From a virus (taxonomy: Duplodnaviria; Caudoviricetes), in the IMG/VR virus record IMGVR_UViG_3300037044_000019, positions 1 to 45,087 of that record: a stretch of DNA of 45,087 bases; one strand, written 5' to 3'. The position numbers were made by a program, and so were the translations under genes. The notes beneath the pieces were generated by a model that worked only from the letters and a program-made list of their open reading frames with translations, was not told the DNA's origin and searched no databases. Shown piece after piece: positions 1-8,459 of the stretch; position 1 is the stretch's first letter; each line of letters opens with the position of its first letter.

Positions 1-209
1 GTGTTGTGCTTGCACGTCTCGCAGCCCTGCTCCAGTTTGGCGAGGTCCGCGCAGAGCTTGGCGATGACCCGCCCCCGCTCGTCGTAACTGGCCCGCATCT
101 CGTCGAGCGTGGACAGGACTTCGCGGAGGTCAGCGATGATGCTGTGATTCTCGTCGGCCGGCGGAAACACGTTGTTCACCGCGCCCCGCAGCCGGTCCTC
201 GGCGGTCAT
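1..209 (-). CDS. 5' part of a Cys-rich hypothetical protein that continues across the circular junction into 45087-44952
   Basis: ATG at 209 reads MTAEDRLRG...EQGCETCKHN and continues in frame at 45087 (TDGYGDC...CETLGNRCGAWEAKRDA*); similar to ORF 32566-32832. Confidence 0.75.
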   Translation of the reverse strand, partial: MTAEDRLRGAVNNVFPPADENHSIIADLREVLSTLDEMRASYDERGRVIAKLCADLAKLEQGCETCKHN

Positions 210-313
210 CGCTTCCCCCGCCGCGTATCCAGCAGCCAGCAGATCCAGATGCCATACAGCACGATCCCGATGACCGCGCCCAGGCCCATGTCCAGCGCCC
301 GCCCTGCGTCCAT
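206..313 (-). CDS. small membrane protein (35 aa)
   Basis: MDAGRALDMGLGAVIGIVLYGIWICWLLDTRRGKR; one hydrophobic helix; stop overlaps next ATG (ATGA). Confidence 0.55.
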   Translation of the reverse strand: MDAGRALDMGLGAVIGIVLYGIWICWLLDTRRGKR

Positions 314-330
314 GTCGCCCCCCCCTTGCC

Positions 331-603
331 TTAGAGCTCCAGCCGTCCCACGATGCGGCAGAGCGTGGCGATAACGTCCAGCACGCGATCTGCCTGCCTG
401 CTCACGGCAATACCGAGGTCGCTGTGCGACTCCACGGGCTGCACTTCGGCGGTAGCCGGCGGCATCGGCTGGAGCGGAACCAGCGCGTCCCCGATCCGGT
501 TCTCCAGATGCGTCACCTGCTTTTCGAGCGTCGAGATGACATCGCCCAACCGAAGCATCTCGGAGGTCACGAACGAAGCTGTCTTGGTTTCCTGCGTTGC
601 CAT
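331..603 (-). CDS. hypothetical protein
   Basis: ORF 331..729; likely start MATQETK at 603 after GGGAG. Confidence 0.6.
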   Translation of the reverse strand: MATQETKTASFVTSEMLRLGDVISTLEKQVTHLENRIGDALVPLQPMPPATAEVQPVESHSDLGIAVSRQADRVLDVIATLCRIVGRLEL

Positions 604-762
604 GATTCCAACTCCCGTTGTCGATTCCGGCTGGCCAGGCCCGCCACGGCGCGACGGTGCATCCGGCGCATCGCGTGGCGTTGATCTGGCCACCTCTATA
701 CAGGTTGCAGGGCTACGCAGGGCGTCCACGCAGCCCCCGCCCGGCCCGGCCAGCCGAAAACC

Positions 763-1041
763 CTATACGCCTGTCCGCCGTGTCGTATCCAACCCCGCGA
801 GGTCCGCGACAATCGCCGCCGCCTCGCTGAGTGTGGCCGAGTCGTTTTCGCACCAGGCGTCGGCACGGCGCTGAATCGCCCACAGGGCTTCGGTCTGCGC
901 CTGCTGCTGGCTCACATGAGCAGCGAGCGCGCCCAAGGCTTCCTCGGCCCGACACGTCCAACATCTCGACGCGGGGAGGCACCAGTCCTCACACTCGCCG
1001 TACTTGATCTTTGAGAACGCAAGCGCTTGATTCAAATCCAT
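763..1041 (-). CDS. hypothetical protein
   Basis: 92-aa ORF directly downstream of 1045..2067 on the same strand. Confidence 0.6.
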   Translation of the reverse strand: MDLNQALAFSKIKYGECEDWCLPASRCWTCRAEEALGALAAHVSQQQAQTEALWAIQRRADAWCENDSATLSEAAAIVADLAGLDTTRRTGV

Positions 1042-1044
1042 CGT

Positions 1045-2067
1045 TCACTCGCTTTCTTTCGGTGACGGCACGGGCTGCGCGTCCAGTTCGGCCAGCTTCG
1101 TCAGCACAGCCCATTCAGGCGCCCGGTCGTCACTGCCACCGCACTCATCCAGCCACACCCGCAGCCCCCCGACCACCCCGCGCAGGCGATCACGGTCGGT
1201 GCGGAAGTCAATCGCTCTCGCCTGTTGCTCCACCGCCGTCGCCCTAAACGACTCTGCCTGCACGCGGTAGTGGTCGGACAGGCCCGTCCATGTTTTGACT
1301 TCATCGCGCAGCCGTGCGGCGTCGGCCTCGGCACGGTCCCGCTGCGCCTCAACCTGTGCTGTCGCGTTGCGGCAGTTGATGTGTGCCGGGTCGCGGCGGT
1401 CACACTCGGCAGCCAGCGTTAACCGCTCGATTTCATCTGCCATGAGCGCCTGTGTGGCCCGCGTCGCAGCGTGGGCCTCACGCTCGGCCAGAAGCGCCCA
1501 TTGATGGCCCGTTGCCGCCTGTCGGCACGCCTCGGCATCGCCCTGCGCTTCGGCTAGTTTCGCGAGGGTCGACTTGGCGGCATGGCTATAACCACGGTTG
1601 TATACGACGTTATGGTTGTTGTTGCGAATCTCGCGCATGAGCCACTTCCTTAACCCCTCCACTACCCCGATTGACGCCAACCGCTCGGCGGCCAGTGCCG
1701 TTTTCGCGTCGGCCAGCGCGCCAGACCTCTCGGCCAACTCATCACTTAGGGCCATCACCTCGTCCCGCGTCTTAGCGTGGGCCTCGCGCTCTACTTGCAG
1801 GTCCGACCGGGCGCAGTCCCGCTCAAATTTCAGATCGACGTTGGCCGAGTTCAGCGCAATCACCAAATTGGCGTCCCGCCCACGCTGTTCCTTCAGCCGC
1901 TCGTTCTTAGCCTGCAACGCCTCGAGGCGGTCGGCCGCGTCATAGATCGGAGTGTATGGCGGCTGGCTGTCGGCCGGGCACGCCACGAACCAGTCAGCCG
2001 CTTGCCGCACGTATCCGGCCATCTCAGCCGTGGTGTAGGGCAGTTCCGCCGTCGTCATCTCAGCCAC
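1045..2067 (-). CDS. coiled-coil hypothetical protein with internal duplication
   Basis: Ala/Glu/Arg-rich heptads; repeated EREAHAxTR and VVxGLRxWL...LxKLAE segments. Confidence 0.7.
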   Translation of the reverse strand: MAEMTTAELPYTTAEMAGYVRQAADWFVACPADSQPPYTPIYDAADRLEALQAKNERLKEQRGRDANLVIALNSANVDLKFERDCARSDLQVEREAHAKTRDEVMALSDELAERSGALADAKTALAAERLASIGVVEGLRKWLMREIRNNNHNVVYNRGYSHAAKSTLAKLAEAQGDAEACRQAATGHQWALLAEREAHAATRATQALMADEIERLTLAAECDRRDPAHINCRNATAQVEAQRDRAEADAARLRDEVKTWTGLSDHYRVQAESFRATAVEQQARAIDFRTDRDRLRGVVGGLRVWLDECGGSDDRAPEWAVLTKLAELDAQPVPSPKESE

Positions 2068-2399
2068 GGTGGTTCTCCCCCATCTCGGCCGTAACCATAG
2101 GCCGTGTCTCGTTGTGCGGTGACCGTGGCAAGCTCAGCCCTCAACCGCACGATCTCGGCTCGGCACTCAATAAGAGCCACGGCATCAGCATCGCGCCGAG
2201 CGATACCGACACAATCAAGGTCATAAGCGAGAGCCTTTTCTGCCAATCGCGCAATCTCGGCGTTCCCGGCCAGGTGTTCAGCCTTCCAATATTCAGCCGT
2301 CTTCCGAGCCTGCTCCAGCTTGGCCTGTGTTTCGCGGATACAGTCCCGGCATTCGCCGCACCGTGGGCAGGCCGGGCCGTGCGGCACACACTCGCTCAT
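2055..2399 (-). CDS. hypothetical protein with N-terminal Cys cluster
   Basis: MSECVPHGPACPRCGECRDC; ATGA overlap with upstream gene. Confidence 0.6.
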   Translation of the reverse strand: MSECVPHGPACPRCGECRDCIRETQAKLEQARKTAEYWKAEHLAGNAEIARLAEKALAYDLDCVGIARRDADAVALIECRAEIVRLRAELATVTAQRDTAYGYGRDGGEPPWLR

Positions 2400-2713
2400 C
2401 GCACCCTCCACACCCGGACCATCCGCGCATGCCCGACCACGCGCCGGGTCCGGTCGTAGCCCACGGCCTCGATGATGCCCCGCACGGCCAGCCCGCGCAG
2501 GAACGCCCCCACGCCGTTGTTGCGGCCATCAGGCGACGGCAGGCCGCAGGCGTGTACCAGGTCATCAGCGGTGAACGTGCGGCCCTCAGGCTGGCACAGG
2601 AGCCAGTGTTCGGCCAGTTTGCGCCACCAGGCCGCCTGCACCAGCGCCCGCGCCGTGCCCCGGTCCCGGGCCTTCGCCGATGCCGGCGCGTCGAACAGCA
2701 GGGGCTGGGTCAT
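2396..2713 (-). CDS. hypothetical protein, possible winged-helix
   Basis: FTADDL...GAFLRGLAVRGIIEAVG...RVWR pattern typical of small phage wHTH proteins; ATGA overlaps. Confidence 0.6.
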   Translation of the reverse strand: MTQPLLFDAPASAKARDRGTARALVQAAWWRKLAEHWLLCQPEGRTFTADDLVHACGLPSPDGRNNGVGAFLRGLAVRGIIEAVGYDRTRRVVGHARMVRVWRVR

Positions 2714-2895
2714 CGCTGCACCACGACCCTTTTCAGCCCGAGCAGGGCCAGCACGCGGTCCGAGAACGCCCGCCGCCCGGCCAGCAGGTCACACAGGTAG
2801 CTCTGACTCAGCCCCAGCGCCACCGCCGCCGCCGCCTGGGTCGGGTGCCGGGCGACGAACTGCTCGAGGGCCACAAGCGGATCGCGATTCTTCAT
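2710..2895 (-). CDS. Cro/Xre-like helix-turn-helix DNA-binding protein
   Basis: TQAAAAVALGLSQSYLCDLLAGRR is an HTH signature; start MKNRD at 2895 by ATGA overlap. Confidence 0.75.
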   Translation of the reverse strand: MKNRDPLVALEQFVARHPTQAAAAVALGLSQSYLCDLLAGRRAFSDRVLALLGLKRVVVQR

Positions 2896-3107
2896 CGCGC
2901 ACCTCGAACGTCCAGAACAAGATGGCGCACGGTTTCGGTCGTACAGCCGTCGCGCCGAGACTGGTCCGCGAACGCCCGAGCCTTGGCGCGTGAGTTGAAC
3001 GCGAAGAGGCGCCCGTCCTTGTCTGAGATCGCCATGCCATCCGTGCGGTCCACGACGATCCAGTGACATCTGTAAACACGCTTGCCATACAGAAGTTTCT
3101 TGCTCAT
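2892..3107 (-). CDS. hypothetical protein, probably leaderless
   Basis: MSKKLLYGKRVY...; ATG lies 7 nt downstream of the TATATT -10 box. Confidence 0.6.
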   Translation of the reverse strand: MSKKLLYGKRVYRCHWIVVDRTDGMAISDKDGRLFAFNSRAKARAFADQSRRDGCTTETVRHLVLDVRGAR

Positions 3108-3114
3108 GGATACT

Positions 3115-3142
3115 AATATACGCGAATCAGTGTAGATTGCAA
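3115..3142 (-). promoter_or_regulatory. sigma70-like promoter TTGCAA-16-TATATT
   Basis: minus strand ccccTTGCAAtctacactgattcgcgTATATTagtatccATG; shares GCGTATATTAG with promoters at 29690 and 44060. Confidence 0.7.
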
Positions 3143-3523
3143 GGGGCCTCGCCCGGTTTATTTTCAGGACCACGCTGTACGTAACAACGGCTGAGTCTGA
3201 GGTTAGGGTTTCCGCCTCTTAGCGTCAGTCCCAGCGGTCAGGCCCGCAGACAACCACGACGGGCAGGTCACGCGAGGTTGACCGGACTGCATGACGCCGT
3301 GTACGCCCATCAGACCGGCGATCCGTCCGGGGGAGTCTGGATGCCCGCCCCGTGGACCAAACGTGACCGCGCTCCGGGCAGGGCTTGCAGCCCCTCAGAT
3401 AACCCGGCTACAGGATACCCGTGGTCCCCCAGATTTTGAGTCCCTGGAGTGCTGGACATCGGCCCTGGCTCATACTGCGAGTCCGGCCGCGTGAGCAGGC
3501 TGCGGGCCTACTAGCCGTTGCGA

Positions 3524-4318
3524 CTACGCCAACAGCTCCCGCTGCACCCCGCTCATGCGCCGTTGCGCCAGAGCGAGATACGCCGGGTTCAGTTCAGTGC
3601 CGATGAATCGCCGGTTCAGCTTCGCGGCCACCACGCCAACCGTGCCGCTACCAGCGAATGGGTCGAGCACAATATCGCCAACTCGAGTACTCGAGACCAC
3701 GCAACGCCGGGCGAGCTCAGCCGGCATAGGCGCGGGATGCGTACCGTCAGAATCGGAACGGATGTCCCAAACCGAATGGCCCCACCATGACTCATGCGGA
3801 TCGTCCATTTGGTAACGTTCCGACTTGGCGAGCAGGAACACATACTCGTGCGACACGGCCGGCCTGTCGATTCGCATTGGCTCAACAGCCGAAGGCTTAC
3901 GCCACACCACGGCCGACCGGAGATACCAGCCGTCACGCCGAAGCGCGTCGGCAACCGCGAACGCGACCAGTGTTAGATCCTTCATCTTGAAACCGGCCGG
4001 GGGCATTCTGAAGCCCTTACGTTCGCGCACCGTGTCCCAACACGCCCTGCCTCCCCGGTTGCCTCCGCCGCCCTTTCCACTTGCCGCGAACACGTCTCCA
4101 ACATTGAGCCAGAGCGATCCGTCGTCACGAAGAACCCGATGGACCTCACGAAACACGGACACAAGGGACGCCACGTAATCAGCGGGATCTCGTTCGAGTC
4201 CCAATTGTGCCGCGTGGCCGTAGTCTCGCAATCCGCCCCAATAGGGCGGCGAGGTGACGCAGCACTGGACGGTATTGGATGCGATGGGAAGGGAAAGCGC
4301 GTTGGCACGAACCAGCAT
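3524..4318 (-). CDS. DNA methyltransferase (N4-C/N6-A, beta class)
   Basis: catalytic TSPPY motif N-terminal; HPAPMP..LARR and VLDPFAGSGT SAM-binding motif C-terminal. Confidence 0.92.
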   Translation of the reverse strand: MLVRANALSLPIASNTVQCCVTSPPYWGGLRDYGHAAQLGLERDPADYVASLVSVFREVHRVLRDDGSLWLNVGDVFAASGKGGGGNRGGRACWDTVRERKGFRMPPAGFKMKDLTLVAFAVADALRRDGWYLRSAVVWRKPSAVEPMRIDRPAVSHEYVFLLAKSERYQMDDPHESWWGHSVWDIRSDSDGTHPAPMPAELARRCVVSSTRVGDIVLDPFAGSGTVGVVAAKLNRRFIGTELNPAYLALAQRRMSGVQRELLA

Positions 4319-4414
4319 GTGTCACCCTCACTCAAGGTGTGTGACCGGCCCCCGCTGTAGTGGGCAGCTAGGCTTGATCGTCGCCCCCGTCGGGACGAAC
4401 CGATCACAGAGGAC

Positions 4415-4443
4415 AATGTACGCCCGGCCCGGCCCGTTGTCAA
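4415..4443 (-). promoter_or_regulatory. sigma70-like promoter TTGACA-17-TACATT upstream of the methyltransferase
   Basis: minus strand TTGACAacgggccgggccgggcgTACATT. Confidence 0.65.
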
Positions 4444-4451
4444 GCCCCTGA

Positions 4452-4634
4452 CTACACAGCCTTGGCCGGATACGGCATCTTCCTCGGCCGCCCGGCGCCC
4501 GGCTTGGGCTTTTTCCTCGCCGCCGCCTGGGCCGGCGTGTTGGCCTCGCCCCCGCGCTTGCCCAGCTTGGCCGCGAGGTCGGACATGGACAGGTCCAGCT
4601 TCGTCCCGCACTGGGGACAGGTCACGCGGGGCAT
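4452..4634 (-). CDS. small basic protein, possible DNA binder
   Basis: CPQCG at N-terminus, GKRGG..TPAQAAAR, AT-hook-like GRPRK. Confidence 0.55.
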   Translation of the reverse strand: MPRVTCPQCGTKLDLSMSDLAAKLGKRGGEANTPAQAAARKKPKPGAGRPRKMPYPAKAV

Positions 4635-4807
4635 GATGGCCTCCGGGGGTTGAACAGTTCGCGGCCCTTGTAGATGACGCGGACGTGCAAGCCGTCAGCA
4701 TCAACCCGCATCGCTGCCAGTTTCGCCAGCGCCCAGTACCACGATCGCTCGACCGTGAGCCACGGCTCGCCGGTGCGCCGGACCTGAACCAGATACTTGG
4801 CAGCCAT
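4622..4807 (-). CDS. hypothetical protein
   Basis: MAAKYLVQVRRTGEPW...; GGAGGGG RBS upstream. Confidence 0.5.
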   Translation of the reverse strand: MAAKYLVQVRRTGEPWLTVERSWYWALAKLAAMRVDADGLHVRVIYKGRELFNPRRPSCPA

Positions 4808-4962
4808 CACCGCCCCTCCCGCGCCTCGCGCAGCAGCCAGTACCGCAGGCTGGCGTGCGACAGGTAGCCGTAGCCCGGGCCGGGCCACAAGAAGCCCCAC
4901 ATGCGGATCATACGCAGCCTCCACAGCGCCCGTAATGGCGCACCGCCAACTTCCGCAGCTTC

Positions 4963-5115
4963 CTACAGCGCGAACAGCAGGACCAGCGCCAGCCAGCCCG
5001 CCACCACCAGGACCACCGCCGCCGCCAGGTCCTGCACCAGCGGGTGCCCGGACCACGCCCACCGCCAGAGACGACGCAGGGCCAGGACGAAACAGGGGAG
5101 GTGGGTCATGGTCAT
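4963..5115 (-). CDS. small membrane protein (50 aa)
   Basis: MTMTHLPCF...LAAAVVLVVAGWLALVLLFAL; starts just after the stop of 5117..5395. Confidence 0.5.
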   Translation of the reverse strand: MTMTHLPCFVLALRRLWRWAWSGHPLVQDLAAAVVLVVAGWLALVLLFAL

Positions 5116-5116
5116 G

Positions 5117-5395
5117 TCAGTGCTTGTTCAGCATTCGGGTGGAGTATTCAGCGACGGGGGTGAAATCGCTCGCATGAGCCACGTAGACGTTCACGATGCG
5201 CCGTGTCCCCATTGTGGTCGCCCAACGTCGTGCCCATTCCCACGCTTCGGACTCTGTGCGGAACGGTTCTTCGCCATTGCGAACATCGGGCGTGTAGTCC
5301 GAACACAGCATCCCACTCTCGCGCCGTTCCCATTCCACAATGAAACCAGTGCGAAGCTCCAACTTCATCATCTTTTCCGCTTCAGTAAAGCGCAT
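5117..5395 (-). CDS. hypothetical protein, first gene of the leftward unit
   Basis: MRFTEAEK... with GGAGG RBS, downstream of promoter at 5413-5441. Confidence 0.65.
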   Translation of the reverse strand: MRFTEAEKMMKLELRTGFIVEWERRESGMLCSDYTPDVRNGEEPFRTESEAWEWARRWATTMGTRRIVNVYVAHASDFTPVAEYSTRMLNKH

Positions 5396-5412
5396 GTGCA
5401 ACCTCCACTTAA

Positions 5413-5441
5413 AAGGTAGCGCTACGATTTCCATTTGTCAA
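5413..5441 (-). promoter_or_regulatory. leftward promoter TTGACA-17-TACCTT with overlapping palindrome GTAGCGCTAC
   Basis: minus strand TTGACAaatggaaatcgtagcgcTACCTT; palindrome at 5416-5425. Confidence 0.65.
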
Positions 5442-5479
5442 GGGGTCACGAAAATAAATCTGCCCCGCTACCCCTAGCC

Positions 5480-5508
5480 TTGACGACACCCCGCGCAGGT
5501 TTCACACT
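5480..5508 (+). promoter_or_regulatory. rightward (late) promoter TTGACG-17-CACACT
   Basis: ccctagccTTGACGacaccccgcgcaggtttCACACTaagaccGTG; divergent from the 5413-5441 promoter. Confidence 0.6.
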
Positions 5509-5514
5509 AAGACC

Positions 5515-5718
5515 GTGCCGAAACCGATCTTGCCCCTGACCATCGAGGCGACCTTCCCGGACTCCAGCCCGGACAGCGCCTATATCCAGGTCAGGCAGGA
5601 CGACGCCAAGCTCATCCTCATTATCCCCAAGGCCGCCGCCTCCCTGCTCATCCTCGCCTCGGACCAACTGCGCGATCAGGTGCTTTCCGTCACAATTGCT
5701 AGCAAAGGGAAGCATTAA
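5515..5718 (+). CDS. hypothetical protein, probably leaderless
   Basis: 67-aa ORF; GTG 6 nt after the -10 box. Confidence 0.6.
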   Translation: MPKPILPLTIEATFPDSSPDSAYIQVRQDDAKLILIIPKAAASLLILASDQLRDQVLSVTIASKGKH

Positions 5719-5720
5719 CC

Positions 5721-5996
5721 ATGCCATTCAAGCCCGGACACAGCGGGAATCCCAAGGGACGCCGCAAAGAACTCCCCGGCATGAAGGCCGAACTCGAACG
5801 GCGCTTCGGCACCGATGGCCGGAAGCTCATCGAGACGCTAGACGACCTCCGCTCGAACCGGGACGCCCGGATTCGCCTGTCTGCCACCGAACTGCTCCTG
5901 GCCTACCTTGTCGGCAAGCCCACGCAGGCCGTCAACATGGACGTGAGCGGGGATATTCACATCCGCTGGCAGGACTCCGACGATGCCCGTCCGTGA
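5721..5996 (+). CDS. terminase small subunit (DUF5681-like)
   Basis: N-terminal FKPGHSGNPKGR motif; directly upstream of and overlapping TerL. Confidence 0.75.
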   Translation: MPFKPGHSGNPKGRRKELPGMKAELERRFGTDGRKLIETLDDLRSNRDARIRLSATELLLAYLVGKPTQAVNMDVSGDIHIRWQDSDDARP

Positions 5997-7326
5997 GGTG
6001 GTGATTCCCTACCGCCCCCGCGTGCTCCAGGCGCAGTTGCACAAGCAGGCCCGGGCGCACCGCTGGGCCGTGCTGGTCTGCCACCGGCGCTTCGGCAAGA
6101 CCGTGTGGGCCATCAATCACCACATCCGGGCCGCCGCCGAGTGCCGCAAGCCCCGGCCCCGCTTCGCCTACATCGCCCCGACCTACACGCAGGGCAAGGC
6201 CGTGGCGTGGGACTACCTCAAGCACTACACCGCGCCCATCCCCGGCCGCACCGTGAACGAGTCCGAACTGCGCGTCGACCTGCCGAACGGCGGGCAAGTC
6301 CGCATCTACGGCGCGGACAACCCGGACAGCTTGCGCGGCCTCTACTTCGATGGCGTGGTGTTCGATGAATACGGCCTGATGCCCCCGACCATCTTCGGGG
6401 AGGTTGTGCGCCCGGCGCTGTCCGACCGCGAAGGCTGGGCCGTGTTCCTCGGCACCCCCGCCGGCAAGAACCAGTTCTACGACGTGGCACAGCAGGCCCA
6501 GGCCAGCGCAGGATGGCTCTACGCCGTGCACAGAGCCTCCGAGACGGGCATTCTACCCGAGGATGAACTGAAGGCCGCCCAGCTTGAGATGACCTCGGAC
6601 GAGTATCAGCAGGAGTTTGAGGCGTCCTTCGAGGCCAGCGTCAAAGGGTCCATCTACGGCGATCAGGTGGTCACGGCCCGGGAGCAGGGGCGGATTACCC
6701 GCGTGCCCTACGAGCCGATGCTGCCGGTGCATACGGCGTGGGACTTGGGCGTGGGGGACTCGACCGCCATCTGGTTTACCCAGTCCCCGGCCGGGTCGGG
6801 CGAAGTGCGGGTGATTGACTGTTACGAGATGCAGGGCGAGGGATTGCCCCATTATGCGGCGGTCCTCCAGGCCCGGGGCTACGTCTATGGTCAGCACTGG
6901 GCACCGCACGATATTGCGGTTCGGGAACTGGGGTCAGGCAAGTCCCGGCTCGAGATTGCCCAGCAGTTAGGCATCAACTTCCGCGTGGTGCCCCAGGTCA
7001 CGATTGAGGACGGCATTCACGCCGGCCGGTTGCTGTTGTCCCGGGCCTGGTTCGACGCCGAGAAGTGCGCCAAGGGGATCGAAGCCCTGACCCACTACCG
7101 GCGCGACTACAACAGCCGGTTGCAGGAATTCATCGCGGCCCCGAGACACGATTGGGCCTCACATTTCGCAGACGCCTGGCGGTATCTGGCCCTGACGCAG
7201 CGCACGCCCCGGCAGAAGGACCAGGCGCGGGAGACGGTGCGGGAGTTGGCGCGGGCGCAGCGGGACCGGGATCCGTATGACCGGCTGCGCGTGGCGTCGG
7301 GCGCGGCGAGACGGGGAGGGTTGTGA
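5983..7326 (+). CDS. terL: terminase large subunit
   Basis: Walker A HRRFGKT, LRGLYFDGVVFDE Walker B, GTPAGKN, nuclease WDLGVGD and HDWASHFADAWRY. Confidence 0.95.
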   Translation: MPVREVVIPYRPRVLQAQLHKQARAHRWAVLVCHRRFGKTVWAINHHIRAAAECRKPRPRFAYIAPTYTQGKAVAWDYLKHYTAPIPGRTVNESELRVDLPNGGQVRIYGADNPDSLRGLYFDGVVFDEYGLMPPTIFGEVVRPALSDREGWAVFLGTPAGKNQFYDVAQQAQASAGWLYAVHRASETGILPEDELKAAQLEMTSDEYQQEFEASFEASVKGSIYGDQVVTAREQGRITRVPYEPMLPVHTAWDLGVGDSTAIWFTQSPAGSGEVRVIDCYEMQGEGLPHYAAVLQARGYVYGQHWAPHDIAVRELGSGKSRLEIAQQLGINFRVVPQVTIEDGIHAGRLLLSRAWFDAEKCAKGIEALTHYRRDYNSRLQEFIAAPRHDWASHFADAWRYLALTQRTPRQKDQARETVRELARAQRDRDPYDRLRVASGAARRGGL

Positions 7327-7583
7327 TGGAACACATCGGAGGCCTGTGGGAGTCGTACGACTTTGACCTCCAATTGAACCGTGACGTGAACTGGACACAC
7401 GGACGCCCGAGGTGTCGTCACGCCTCAGGCTTGCGTCCAGTGCATGGCTATGATGGTCCGTTCAGTCGGCAGGTGCAGTGGGTTACAACGATTCCGCACG
7501 TCGTTGTGATGTGGAACGAAGGCGGATTCGCCACAACCGGCGTCTGCGCCGAGTGCGTTGCTGAGGCGTTGGAGGGGTTGTGA
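7326..7583 (+). CDS. hypothetical protein, lower-GC insert
   Basis: ORF with C-terminal CxxC; flanked by GGGTTGTGATG direct repeat. Confidence 0.55.
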   Translation: MEHIGGLWESYDFDLQLNRDVNWTHGRPRCRHASGLRPVHGYDGPFSRQVQWVTTIPHVVVMWNEGGFATTGVCAECVAEALEGL

Positions 7584-7885
7584 TGCCCAAAGACTATGGC
7601 GCATCACTGGAGATTCCCGATCTGTGTGGTGACTATGCGTGGATGAGCCGCATTGGGCGCGAAGTGGGACAAGCGGCATGGAGCAATCTGCTAGCCGATT
7701 TCGTGACGGGCGCTGAAAGGACGGGTGGTGATGCAGACACGCGGGACGTATCCGGAAATCACCGTGCCCCGGCCCAAGCCGAGGCCCAAGCCGAAACGGG
7801 GGAAGTAATGGCCTGCAACAGCAGCAAGATGGGCAACCGCAAGACCGAACGCCTGCCTCCCAAGGGCGGGAAGAAGTACTAGGGC

Positions 7886-8266
7886 GTGGGCGTCACCCGG
7901 TACGCCGAGGGCAAGAAGCCCATCGTGGGCAAAGGGGCCAACCTGGGCGAGGACACGATCCTCGACTGCCACGGCCAGATCACGATTGGGGCCGAGACGT
8001 TCTTCGGCCATCGGGTGATGGTGCTGACCGGGAGCCACAACTACTTCCGGTTCGGGTCTGAGCGCAAGAACCACAGCACCTCGAGGCCGGTCACGATAGG
8101 CGCGGGGGTGTGGGTGTGTAGCGGGGCGATTATCTGCCCCGGGGTGACGATTGGCGATCATGCCGTGATTGGGCCGGGGTCGGTGGTGTACCGGAACGTC
8201 CCGGCGTATGGCGTGGTGGCGGGGAATCCGGCGCGGTTGGTGCGGAGGTTGAACCGTGGACGATGA
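7886..8266 (+). CDS. hexapeptide-repeat (left-handed beta-helix) O-acetyltransferase
   Basis: ITIG..TFFG..VMVLTGSH, PVTIGAGVWVCSGAIICPGVTIGDHAVIGPGSVV..NVP..VVAGNPARLVR. Confidence 0.9.
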   Translation: MGVTRYAEGKKPIVGKGANLGEDTILDCHGQITIGAETFFGHRVMVLTGSHNYFRFGSERKNHSTSRPVTIGAGVWVCSGAIICPGVTIGDHAVIGPGSVVYRNVPAYGVVAGNPARLVRRLNRGR

Positions 8267-8459
8267 AGCACGTCAGCCCACAAAGCAGGGACGGGCGTTT
8301 GAGGTCGTACAACCGTATTGCGGGGGCTGTGGCATGGCACTTCTGAAGCCGCGTGGCACACGCCTGAATGACACCGTGAATGTGTGGCAGCGCGTCGTCT
8401 GTTCATGTGGATGGGAAGGCTTTGCGATGTGGGCGCGGACGCAGGAAGGCGGACACTAA
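8256..8459 (+). CDS. small Zn-ribbon-like protein
   Basis: CGGCG...CSCGW; overlaps neighbours. Confidence 0.5.
   Translation: MDDEARQPTKQGRAFEVVQPYCGGCGMALLKPRGTRLNDTVNVWQRVVCSCGWEGFAMWARTQEGGH

Noticed and set aside
3511-3523. CTAGCCGTTGCGA resembling the conserved promoter start
   Set aside because: No -10 box at the right distance, and it would point antisense into the methyltransferase
3524-4318. Complete restriction-modification system
   Set aside because: No adjacent restriction endonuclease; orphan phage methyltransferase
7580-7882. 100-aa ORF as a single confident gene
   Set aside because: Looks composite (AT-richer 5' part, short basic 3' peptide with its own RBS near 7808); boundaries cannot be supported
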